A DNA stretch of 20,428 bases from Zygophlyctis sp. KS116 (GCA_054661495.1 BAAFSQ010000178.1:1-20428); one strand, 5' to 3'. Positions 10,022-20,428 are shown, numbered from the stretch's first letter. The notes: generated by a model from the letters alone, not told the origin. Made by a program: numbers and translations.

Positions 10022-13000
10022 GCAAATCCTTTTTCAAGAACTAAATCACCTTCTGCAAGGGTTCTTCCCGAGGTGTCAGATGTTTGTTCTGGGATCATAT
10101 AGGAGATATCGTCCCAAGGATGACGATAAAGACCTTGTTTTAATCGCTTTTGGTCTAAATAGTGACCTATGAATCCAACAGATCTTCCCAAAACAAATAA
10201 ACCATTTAGAGTGCCAATTTGTATATATTCTTCAGCTTCTTGTCGTGAAAATGCACCACAACCACGTAGTAAGTCTACAAAAGCTGCACCGACAACACCA
10301 TCAACATTGAGAATCAGATTTTCTTTTTTGGTAGTGGTAATCTTTTCTACTTCAACAGCATACTTTACAATTTCTGAAGATGGGAAATTCTCGAAAACAA
10401 ATTCCTTGACTATTTGAACTCTAAAATCAGGATTGGTTCTAGATTTGATTTTATGACCAATTCCTAAAATTAATTGGTGCTTTTTTCTCATATCATCTAC
10501 ATATTCTTGAGGGCTAAGTCCCATGTCATACGCAGCAGAAAAAGATTGAGCAGCCCCATCCAAAGCACCACCAAAGCGATCTCCAATTGTAAGAAGCCCA
10601 GAAACTAGAGAACTGATCAAATCCTTACCAGCTCTAGCAGTGACTATGGTATTGTGAGCCCCGGATACTGCAGGACCGTGATCTGCTGTAAGCATTAATA
10701 CCATTTCTATGAATTTGGTTGCATATGATGGTAAGCGACGTTTAAACCATAGAAGTGCTAAAACTCCTCCGACTCCTATTTCCTCCTTGAAGACTTCAGA
10801 AATGGCCATCCCAGCATATAAGAGTTCTTGACCACGATCATCACAGATTGTTGAAATAAAGGAAGCTGGTTTTCTAATCAATCCTAGCTCTTGAGCCCAA
10901 GCGTAATCAATAGGGATTTTCGGAACTGGAGGTTCTGGATTTGGAACTATACTTCCCTTTATCACTAAACTCTGATATACCGATGCAAGTAGCGTCGGAA
11001 GAGATTCTAAAAATTAAATAAAAATTAAATCATACCGAAATTTTCTGGGACATGCACACCCGCTAGACGAAGTGCGTTGTTCTTGGCATCAGCAGTTTCG
11101 AGATCTGAATTAGCAAATGAACCAGCATGGCCGAATTGAACCTATTTCATTTATCATTATGATAATATACATCTGTGGTAAACATTTTCGCACAAGTACC
11201 AATGCACCAAGCTACAATGGGTTTTTTTATTTTACCCTCCTTGACAGCCTTAACTATTTCGTACTCCTCCACTCCACCAACTTCTCCTAGCAATACCATT
11301 ATTTTTGCATTTGGATCAGATTCATAGCGAAGCATATGATCGATAAATGTTGAGCCGGGATAACGGTCACCGCCGATTGCTACCCCTTCGTAAACACCAT
11401 TGGTGTTTCTAGATATGATATTATTCAATTCATTCGACATTCCACCAGATTTTGATACATAAGCAACAGATCCTGGTCTGTATAGTTTAGAAGAAACAAT
11501 ATTATCCATCATTCCGCCAGTATTTCCGATCTTGAAACATCCAGCTTTAATGCCACCTAAGTTCAATTTATTGAAATATACCGACTGTAGCGGGCCCAAT
11601 TATAAGCACGTTTTTCTTTTTCGCATCCCATAGCAACTGTCGTGCCCTTTTTTCTGGAACACCTTCCGCAATAATTGCAATCGTTTTAATTTGTTTGAAT
11701 TCAAGAAGTTCTTTCGTACTTTCGAAGACACTAATATATTAATCAAATCTCTTACCTTCTGAAAGAAGCAAAATTCACCACAACATTAACGTTTGGAAAT
11801 CTTTCGACAGCTTCAGCTATTGATGTGTAAACCGGAATCAACGTCTCTTTAGTTCCCCAATAAAATTTCTGCACATGATGTCCCCCAAATGGATAAATCA
11901 TACATGCTACAGATGGCTTTTCGCGATTACACATAAAATCAAAATCAAGCATTCCCTGGACTGCTTTTGGTTGCATCCCATATATAAAAGCTTGAGTTTC
12001 AATTGAAAATGTAGAACATGCAGATCGATCTGCCATTTTGGAACCAGAGGTCACCGAAGAGCTTGTACGATCCATTGATCTACTATTGACATTATTCATT
12101 AATAAATTGTCATTTGCAGATGTGGAAGCAGATGTAGAACCTGTCGAGGTTTTATCATAGTCCTCATATTTGCCATATAATGCCAAAGGAACTATACCGG
12201 TGACATGCATTTCTGGCCCAAAGACTTGTATGCTTACTCCCAAAGTATCGCCAAGATTTCTCATCAGTCGAAGCCCCTCTTGGAAATTGGGACCAGCTCT
12301 TCTGACGTATATTTTCACATTGTGGTTTTGTAAACTCTGTTGGCGTTCTTTTAAAGCACGAATGATTCCTATTTTCAATCTACAACTAAAATACCTTTAA
12401 AAGTTGCAGCTACATTTGTAAAGTTTGCTATTCCTCCGCCAATAAACAAGAATTTTCCTTCTGGGTGTGGTTCGCCTCTAGTCATAAGATCTAGAATTGT
12501 TTTTGCGTATTCATAACTATTACTTAATTTTTAAAAACTATTACGTCTGCGTTTCTGAAGGAGCACCAGAATATTCACCATAATTTGCCAATTCATGAGA
12601 GTAACCATGAGCAGCAATTGCATCCGAGTAAACAACAGACGCCCCACCACCAGCAACCATAGTCCAAATTCTTCCTTTTGGATTTAAAACAGTAAGTTTT
12701 AGAGAAGCACCAGTTTTACCGTCAATTTCAGCTATATATGCCTCTTCCTTTGTTAACTCCCTTCCAAAAGGAGCAGGAAATTCCATTGGCGGACCCCAGT
12801 TTGGACTTTGAGATCCAGGATAAGCACCTACTCTAGCCAGAGCCCATTTCTTCCCACATTCAAACTCTGCAGTCTGATCCAACTTTGCCGCCAAATCTAA
12901 ATAATTGAATTGAACGTTTCCATGTAAATCTTTCGTCACTACCAAAGGATTAATTTCAAGATAGGTAAACTGAAGATCTGTATAAACTGCGTACAATCTA

Positions 13001-13620
13001 CTGATAAATGCAGCCAAATCATTTTTTTCAAGAGTAGGAACGTCCTTTAGTAATTGAATAAAATCTTGTTTTGATGGCATATCTCCATCTACTGGCATTA
13101 ATAATCTCGTAGCTTTTTCATCTACATCTCCAACATCTACTCCACCTTGATTAGTAAATAGTATTTCATCCCCATCACGTATAGACTGAATGCATACATA
13201 ATATTCTTCTGCATCTTTATGCGGTAAAAAAGGTTCAATAATAAAGGTATTCAGTAGCCCATTGGCTTTTTCTATTTGAATATTCTTTCCTGCTTTTGAA
13301 AGAATCCAATCGCAGACCTGTTTCCAGTCCAAGTTTATTCCCAACAATCCAGCCTTTCCCCGTCTCTTAATCAACTGATCCGGCTTACAAACAAGTCTTT
13401 CAGAATTCAACCAAGGATTCTCTTTGAGTACCTGATCAAGTCCTTGTTTCTTTTCCGCCTCTGAAGCATTTTTAGTAAACGTTACTGTTGCCATGCGCAC
13501 ATTGGCAAGAAACGAGAGATTATCGGACGGTGCAACTCCACCGACTGCTTCAGGAGATTTAGGAAGCCAATACGATAATAAGTGTTTGCCATCATATTCT
13601 CTAATTGGTTTCGCAGACAT
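10018..13620 (-). CDS. ACLY: ATP-citrate lyase, single-chain (fused beta+alpha), 1146 aa; introns 12517-12544, 12369-12394, 11731-11755, 11557-11581, 11142-11170, 11007-11035
   Basis: [12 protein letters not shown]; [11 protein letters not shown]; TYLEINP; [13 protein letters not shown]; [10 protein letters not shown]; GGGIANFT; catalytic QFGHAG; [11 protein letters not shown]; LYRHPWDDI. The splices join everything into one uninterrupted frame. Confidence 0.97.
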
Positions 13621-13648
13621 TTCAGAATCTTAGGCTTTGGTCAAACTC

Positions 13649-16600
13649 ATGTCTTTACCTGCCGATCGCATCTTTCCCATCCGATCAGTTTTACAGGGAT
13701 CATATGTGCCAGTATCCAATGAAGATGATGCAAACACTGCACAAGAAGAACTTCTTGTTTGGTCAAACGGTAGATTTGTTAATTGTGATGAGGAGCCAAT
13801 ACATATCCCTGGTTCTATTCAGAGTTATGGTGCATTAGTAGCAATTGATGAGGAATCTTGGATAGTCAGGCAAGTTTCTGAAAACTCTGCTGATGTCATT
13901 GGAATTACGCCAAATCAACTCTTGAAGAGCCAATCGCTAAAAGAGTTTCTGACCAAAGACTCTATTTTGGCATTGGAAAATAATATAAAGTCTCTAAGTC
14001 ATTTTCCACAAGATTCAGGGCCTGATATATTTATGATTCAATTTACTAATAATTATGGCCAAAATGACTTAAATTGTGCGCTACATAGATTCAAGGAAAA
14101 TTCAGGGATGTTGATTTTAGAGTTTGAAATGGTAGAGGAAGAGAGGCCACAATATGTATACTCTGATCATGATAATGATGATCTTGATCAAGAAGATAAA
14201 CAAAGGTATGATCAGTTGCGACTGGCTTTTGATAATTTTATTCGACAAGATGGGTTTGTAAGTTTTATTTTAGCTAATTTTAGAGGTCTCAAATGCCAGT
14301 TTTACAAATAATGGATAAATTAGAATCGTATTTAGCAACTAAAGATACAATTCAAAAACTTTCAGAGGCTGTAGTTAAAGTAATAAGGCAAATAATTGTA
14401 TTTGATCGTGTTGTCGTGTATCAATTTGATGATGAATGGAATGGGGAATGTATAGCAGAGAGTTTAAATCCCTTTTATAAAGATTTACAATCTCTTTTAG
14501 GTTTACATTTTCCTGCTGGCGATATACCAGCTCAGGCTAGACATTTGTATACTCAAAATAAGGTAAGTTTGGCCTAAATAATTCAAGATTCGATATTTGT
14601 ATTCTAGACAAGCTGTAAATTCAAGAATTTTATGTAGATCTTCAACAGATTTGGCAAAGCCTTTGGATTTGTCTTTTTCAGTTCTACGATCAATGTCACC
14701 TATCCATTTGGTATGTATTAGAAATTTAATTAATAGCAATATCTTTCAAATATGTGTGTTGAATCGTCTCTTTCTATTTCTATTTTATCAAATGGGAAAT
14801 TGTGGGGTCTTATTTGCTGCCATAGTGTGGCTCCTCTGAAAATTTCAATCTATACAAGAAAGTTTCTGACTGTTTTTAGTAAATTTTTATCGAAGGCAAT
14901 AGAGAGTCTCAACTTGAAAAAAAGGCTCAATTCTAGAAGCTTGATTACTGCTAAAGCTTCAAGTAATATTTCAGGATCTAATCTAGAAAATACTTCATAC
15001 TTGGCGTCAAACTCTGAAGACTTACTGCAGCTTTTGGCTTCTGGTGCGTTTAAAATTGTTAAAACAGATAGACTATGCCGTGATTTCAATTGACACAGAG
15101 GCTAAACTGATTGGTAATATTGATAACTCAGCGACGATAATCGGATTAGTTGATTTTTTACGAATGAAGGATCTCAAGGAAATATATGGCACTGAATGTT
15201 TATCCGAAGATATGCCTGATTTTACATTCTCGTCGCCTGATATTGCCGGTATATTATTCATCCCCCTATCCAAAAGTGGGAGTGATTTCATGGTATTCAT
15301 TAGGCGTGAACAAGTGGTAGACGTCCATTGGGCGGGAAAGTTTGATATTTCTAAAGATGAAACGCTTATGCCTCGGTCATCCTTTGCAAAATGGACTCAA
15401 AAAGTTAAAAAGCGTTCCAAGAATTGGACAGAAGAAGAAAAAGAAGTCGCGCTGGTTTTACAGCTCGTATATTGGAGATATATAGATATTTGGAGGCAGA
15501 GGGATGCTGCAGTCAAGAGCAATAAGCTGAAGAATCTTCTTTTGGCAAATGTTTCGCATGAAGGTAAATTGCACTGAATGTAATTATAGTTCGCACCCCA
15601 CTTAACGCCATCATCAATTATCTTGAAATAGCATTAGACTCAGAATTAGGTGAAACTGGTAGAGAAGCAGTTTCTATCGCCTTAGGTTCAAGTAAATCGT
15701 TGATATTTATCATAAATGATTTATTGGTATATGCCCAATTTTAATATTTAGGATTTAACTAGAATTGAAGCTGGGAAAATGTTATTTAGGGAAGAACCAT
15801 TCAATATCTCAAAAACTATTCGTGAAGCTGTGGAAATGTTTAGAGCGGATGCTGCCACAAAGAATCTCGATTTTAGCCTTGAAATAAGTGACGAAATGCC
15901 TAAAACCCTAATTGGAGACGCAAGCAAACTCAGGCAGGTATGTGTTTGTTCTCTTGATAATTCTTAGATTATTTTGAACTTGTGCTGCAATTCTTTAAAG
16001 TTTACCACCAGCGGGTTTGTCAAAGTTATTTGCAAAATAGAGGAAACCACTAAAGATATCGTTCGAGTTAATCTTCAAGTACTAGATACTGGGTACATTT
16101 TTCTTCCAATAATTGGATAGTATCGGTATTCCGCAGGATAAATTATCAGTTATATTTGAGGATTTTGAACAAGTTGAAAGTCCATTAAGTAAAACTATTA
16201 AAGGATCAGGCAAGCACTGTTCAATTTAATTGATAGGCCTTGGATTAGCTATAGTGGCACGTATTGTTCAAAATATGAATGGTCAACTGCATGTAGAAAG
16301 TGATCCAAATAAACTGACCAAGTTTTCCCTTGTATTATCATACAAAAGAAATATCCCAGAACTTTTTCAGAATTTACAAATTCAAAATTATCTTAAACGC
16401 AAAAATAGTGACGGTGGAACCAAAATGGATACTGCCCTTGAACCTCTTGCGGCCCAGAATAAAATCTATGAAAAATTAAGAATATTATATGCTGAAGTAT
16501 TTTTAATAATATTACTAATAAAAAAGGATGATTTAGTTAATCAAGCGATACTTAACAAGCGCCTAACGAAATTGGGATATGAAGTTACTTGTTGTGAAAA

Positions 16601-17015
16601 TGGAGTTGAATGTATCACACTATTCGCTAAAGATCATTCTGCTTTTGACATTATACTAATGGATGTTCAGATGCCACTCTGTAATGGGTTAGAAGCGACA
16701 AAAAGAATCCGGGAAATTGAAAACTCGACTGAAATTGGCGAGCTTCCACTCTCTCACATTTTGAATCGGTATAGGATCCCTATTTTAGCGACTTCTGCAT
16801 CTGTGTATGAGTCTGATGTAGTGAATTGCATTCAAGCGGGAATGGACGGATTCGTGAACAAACCCATAGATGTCTCTGTTTTGGATAGATTACTAAAATC
16901 TGCACTAGACCAGAAAGAAAAAGACAGATATCTTATGTCCGAAGTTGGTGTACGTCAAGATTTAGCATGGTTTGATGATCGAAAATTTCGTTCCGTGAGA
17001 TCTAAAACCTCATAG
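13649..17015 (+). CDS. Fungal-type phytochrome 1 (PAS-GAF-PHY-HisKA-HATPase-REC hybrid kinase), 1031 aa; introns 14258-14283, 14563-14587, 14711-14736, 15044-15071, 15564-15589, 15727-15751, 15938-15967, 16093-16120, 16210-16236 (GC-AG), 16497-16526
   Basis: Bilin-attachment Cys46 in NCDEEPIHIPGSIQ; HFPAGDIP (DIP motif); SPIHLQYL; LWGLICCH; tongue motif PRSSF; H-box ANVSHEVRTPLNAI; N-box NSLKFT; G1 DTGIGI; G2 GSGLGL; receiver ILYAEDD, LMDVQMP and KP. Confidence 0.95.
13673..14004 (+). repeat. 332-nt block identical to 17147-17478 (5' part of both phytochrome genes)
   Basis: Compared base by base by eye at offset 3474. No mismatch was seen inside the block, and the sequences diverge strongly after ~14030/17500. 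Confidence 0.9.
16556..16789 (+). repeat. Near-identical block shared with 20195-20428 (receiver domains of the two phytochromes)
   Basis: About 5 mismatches in 234 nt by manual comparison (offset 3639). Confidence 0.85.
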
Positions 17016-17122
17016 ATTAAGTGATTACATAATAATAATAGATCTTTAATGTATGCAAGACATCATCCAGCTCATTTTAGGTAGTCCGAATAAAATTTTA
17101 GTGTTAGGAACTGCTAATTGCC

Positions 17123-20100
17123 ATGTCTTTACCTGCCGATCGTATATTTCCCATCCGATCAGTTTTACAGGGATCATATGTGCCAGTATCCAATGAAGAT
17201 GATGCAAACACTGCACAAGAAGAACTTCTTGTTTGGTCAAACGGTAGATTTGTTAATTGTGATGAGGAGCCAATACATATCCCTGGTTCTATTCAGAGTT
17301 ATGGTGCATTAGTAGCAATTGATGAGGAATCTTGGATAGTCAGGCAAGTTTCTGAAAACTCTGCTGATGTCATTGGAATTACGCCAAATCAACTCTTGAA
17401 GAGCCAATCGCTAAAAGAGTTTCTGACCAAAGACTCTATTTTGGCATTGGAAAATAATATAAAGTCTCTAAGTCATTTCCCAGAAGATTCAGGGCCTGAT
17501 ATTTTTAGAATTTTTATGTTGAATGATAAAGATTCTGCCCCTCTTTACTGTGCTCTTCACCGCAATGAAGAGAATGAAAAATTACTCGTCTTGGAATTTG
17601 TGCGGGAAGATAATACTGGATTACAACCGATTTATGCTCCTTCTAAAATAGATTTGAAAGAAGATTTACATCCAAAAGCAAAGCGAAGACATGATGAGCT
17701 AAGTGCTGCACTGGATAAGTTTACGTCTGAACATAATTTTGTAAGAATATTTGTACTAAATAAAGGACTCCATGATGACTGCTTTTCACATTATGGATAA
17801 AATGGAATCTTATCTGAGCACGAAAACTAATATACAATCTCTCTCAGAAGAAGTAGCACGGGTTGTGCGTCAAATTATTGTGTTTGATCGTGTGGTAGTG
17901 TATCAATTTGACGAGGAATGGAATGGTGAATGTATAGCAGAGAGTTTGAATCCATTGATAGAAGATCTTCAGCCATTTTATGGTTTGCATTTTCCTGCAA
18001 GTGATATTCCACCACAAGCGAGAAAGCTATATGCTAGAAATAAGGTATTTCATATCTTCTTAAGAAATAGATACGCTTCTTGTATTCTAGGCAACAGAAA
18101 ACGTCAAGATTGTTATGTCGCTCGCCTAGTGATTTAAAGCACCCGCTGGATTTATCATTTTCCGTTTTGCGATCCATGTCACCTATTCACTTGGTAATTA
18201 TTAATTTATTATTTATTAACATTACAGAAATATCTCAGCAATATGTCAGTAGAATCATCTCTTTCGATTTCTTTAATGTCTGGAGGAAAACTGTGGGGTC
18301 TCATAGCTTGCCATAATAACTCACCCACAAAAGTGTCATTGTTTATTCAGAGGTTTTGTGCAATGATGAGTAAATTTGTATCAAAACTTGTAGAAGGATT
18401 GAGCTACGAGAAAAGGATTTTTAGTCGCTCGTTTATAACTGAAAAGGCGACTGATAGCATTTCAGTTGGTAAACATGTGAATGGTTATATAGTCGCCAAG
18501 TCTGAAGATCTTTTGAAATTGTTTAAATCTGGTAATTCATCCTGAACTGACATTTTTAAGATTATGCGGTAATTTCTATTGATACAGAGGCAAAAATTAT
18601 GGGAGAATGTAATGAATCCAACATTTTAGTTGCTTTTGTTGATTTCCTTCGCTTAAAACAGCTCAAAGATGTTACCTCTTCTGACTTCATATCTAATTTT
18701 TTTCCCGAATTCCCGTATCAGTCAAATGGGATAGCAGGATTTTTATGTATCCCTCTCTCGAAAAATGGACAAGATTTTATTTGCTTTATCAGAAGAGAGC
18801 AAGTGAAGGTATGTTTTTATTGTCTCAAATCTAGAATGTATATTGGGGCGGAAATCCTAACAAATCAGATGATCCAAAAGATAAATTAGTTCCTCGTGCA
18901 TCTTTTTCTAAATGGATTCAGGTTGTCCAAAAGCGCTCAATTGTTTGGACAAGGGATGACCTTGAAGTTGCTGCTATCGTTCAATTAGTTTATTGGAGAT
19001 ACATAGATATTTGGAGGCAGAGGGATGCTGCAGTCAAGAGCAATAAGCTGAAGAATCTTTTGCTTGCAAACGTCTCGCACGAAGGTAGATTACACTGATG
19101 TTATTATAGTTCGCACCCCACTTAACGCCATAATCAATTATCTTGAAATAGCATTAGAATCAGATTTGAATGAATCTGCTAGAGAGGCGATAAGTGTGGC
19201 TTTAGGATCAAGTAAATCGTTGATCTTTATCATCAATGATCTATTGGTATATGCCCAATTTTCATATTTAGGATTTAACTAGAATTGAAGCTGGGAAAAT
19301 GCTATTCAGGGAAGAGCCATTTAATATTATCCAAACGATTAAGGAAGCTGTCGAAATGTTTAGAGCAGATGCTGCAAGAAAAAAAATTGATTTTGTTTTT
19401 CGAATAAGTGATGATTTACCGGAAACTGTGGTAGGAGATTGTACTAAACTGAGACAGGTATTTATTAATTTTGTTTAACCGAAAGATAATCTTAAACTTG
19501 TGTGGAAACTCTTTAAAATTCACTTCAGAAGGTTACGTAAAAGTATTCTGTAACGTTGAAGAGCTGACCAAGGAATATGTCAAAGTCAACATTATAGTGA
19601 TGGATTCGGGGTACTACGATTTAATTATTGATTTTATAGAATTGGGATCCCAAAGGAAAAGTTATCCGTTATTTTTGAAGATTTTGAACAGGTTGAAAGT
19701 TCTTTGAGCAAAAAAGTTCAAGGTGCAGGTGAGTGAATCAATGTTTAAAAGTACAGGCCTTGGATTAGCTATTGTAGCCCGTATCATCCATAATATGAAT
19801 GGGAAGCTCCAAGTTGAAAGCAATATTGATCAAGGAACTAAATTCTCCCTTCACTTAAAATTCCCATTGTTAATGCCAGATGGGACTCAAGATAAAACAC
19901 TATCAGAGGATCGTACTACTTTAGTAAGAAATAAGATAGAAGATGAATTAGACCTGGGTATAGCGCCTATAACTGTACTTGGCAATACGACTACGTATAT
20001 TTCTCCAATTGAAACTTTGCAGAAAGATACAGAGAACATGGAAATAAAGGAAGTACCAAATACACATAAAAGAGATGTAAGTACTGTAAAGCAGGCGGAA

Positions 20101-20428
20101 TCGAGTCAACATCTTCGAATTTTATACGCAGAGGTAATTATTATCATTAAGATTTAATATTTTAGGATGATTTGGTCAACCAATCCATCATCACCAAGCG
20201 CCTAACGAAATTGGGATATGAAATTACTTGTTGTGAAAATGGAGTTGAATGTATCACACTATTCACTAAAGATCATTCTGCTTTTGACATTATATTGATG
20301 GATGTTCAGATGCCACTCTGTGATGGGTTAGAAGCGACAAAAAGAATCCGGGAAATTGAAAACTCGACTGAAATTGGCGAGCTTCCACTCTCTCACATTT
20401 TGAATCGGTATAGGATCCCTATTTTAGC
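17123..20428 (+). CDS. Fungal-type phytochrome 2 (tandem paralog), 3'-partial; introns 17741-17765, 18045-18070, 18194-18227, 18532-18560, 18809-18834, 19085-19109, 19247-19271, 19458-19485, 19611-19639, 19729-19756, 20134-20165
   Basis: Same domain motifs: NCDEEPIHIPG, HFPASDIP, LWGLIACH, PRASF, SHEVRTPLN, DSGIGI, GAGLGL, ILYAEDD, LMDVQMP. The frame stays open after splicing up to the window end. Confidence 0.93.

Noticed and set aside
868-17312. Short antisense or alternate-frame ORFs in the track (e.g. 868-1077, 1282-1515, 1550-1807, 2982-3362, 3452-3661, 7378-7605, 10169-10417, 12170-12400, 13605-13838, 14503-14739, 17046-17240, 17118-17312)
   Set aside because: They are shadows of well-supported genes, show no recognisable motifs, and many begin at non-ATG codons.
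1-20428. Alternative genetic code, stop read-through or mass pseudogenisation as the cause of the fragmented ORFs
   Set aside because: Every break outside the CRN locus is resolved by a short GT-AG intron (one GC-AG) that restores conserved motifs, and the spliced lengths are multiples of 3.
13649-20428. Bacteriophytochrome operon or bacterial contamination
   Set aside because: The genes contain 10-11 spliceosomal introns each, have a fused receiver domain with a fungal-type H-box, and sit among eukaryotic genes.
17123-20428. Second phytochrome as a pure assembly duplication or allelic haplotype
   Set aside because: Most of the gene is strongly diverged, with different introns, an extra intron and a longer linker. 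Only local blocks are identical.
1-20428. tRNA, rRNA, CRISPR array or intact transposon
   Set aside because: None was recognised, and the intergenic spaces are almost all too short to hold them.

Overview
AT-rich, extremely gene-dense eukaryotic DNA, not prokaryotic. The fragmented ORF track is explained by 45 hand-reconstructed spliceosomal introns, all only 24-34 nt long. The gene content (fungal-type hybrid phytochromes, single-chain ATP-citrate lyase, flagellar LRRC23, a Crinkler-like locus) points to a zoosporic fungus (chytrid-like); this is an inference. Genes in order: partial hypothetical protein (+), secreted GH16 beta-glucanase (-), TMEM14 (+), Crinkler-like kinase pseudogene (-), RNA polymerase I subunit RPA43 (+), secreted S9 dipeptidyl peptidase V (+), probable mitoribosomal mS26 (-), an SPFH/stomatin-like protein whose tail resembles the C-terminus of mitochondrial Cox1 (+), LRRC23 (+), a transcriptional cyclin (+), ATP-citrate lyase (-), and two tandem PAS-GAF-PHY-HisKA-HATPase-REC phytochromes (+, the second runs off the window). 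The top candidate for an undescribed system is the nuclear SPFH::Cox1-C-terminus fusion, which suggests a split cox1 gene. Also notable are the mosaic (gene-converted) phytochrome pair, tiny introns, two convergent gene pairs sharing a TTAA stop, and 12-70 nt intergenic gaps. All family calls rest on motif recognition by eye; no searches were run.
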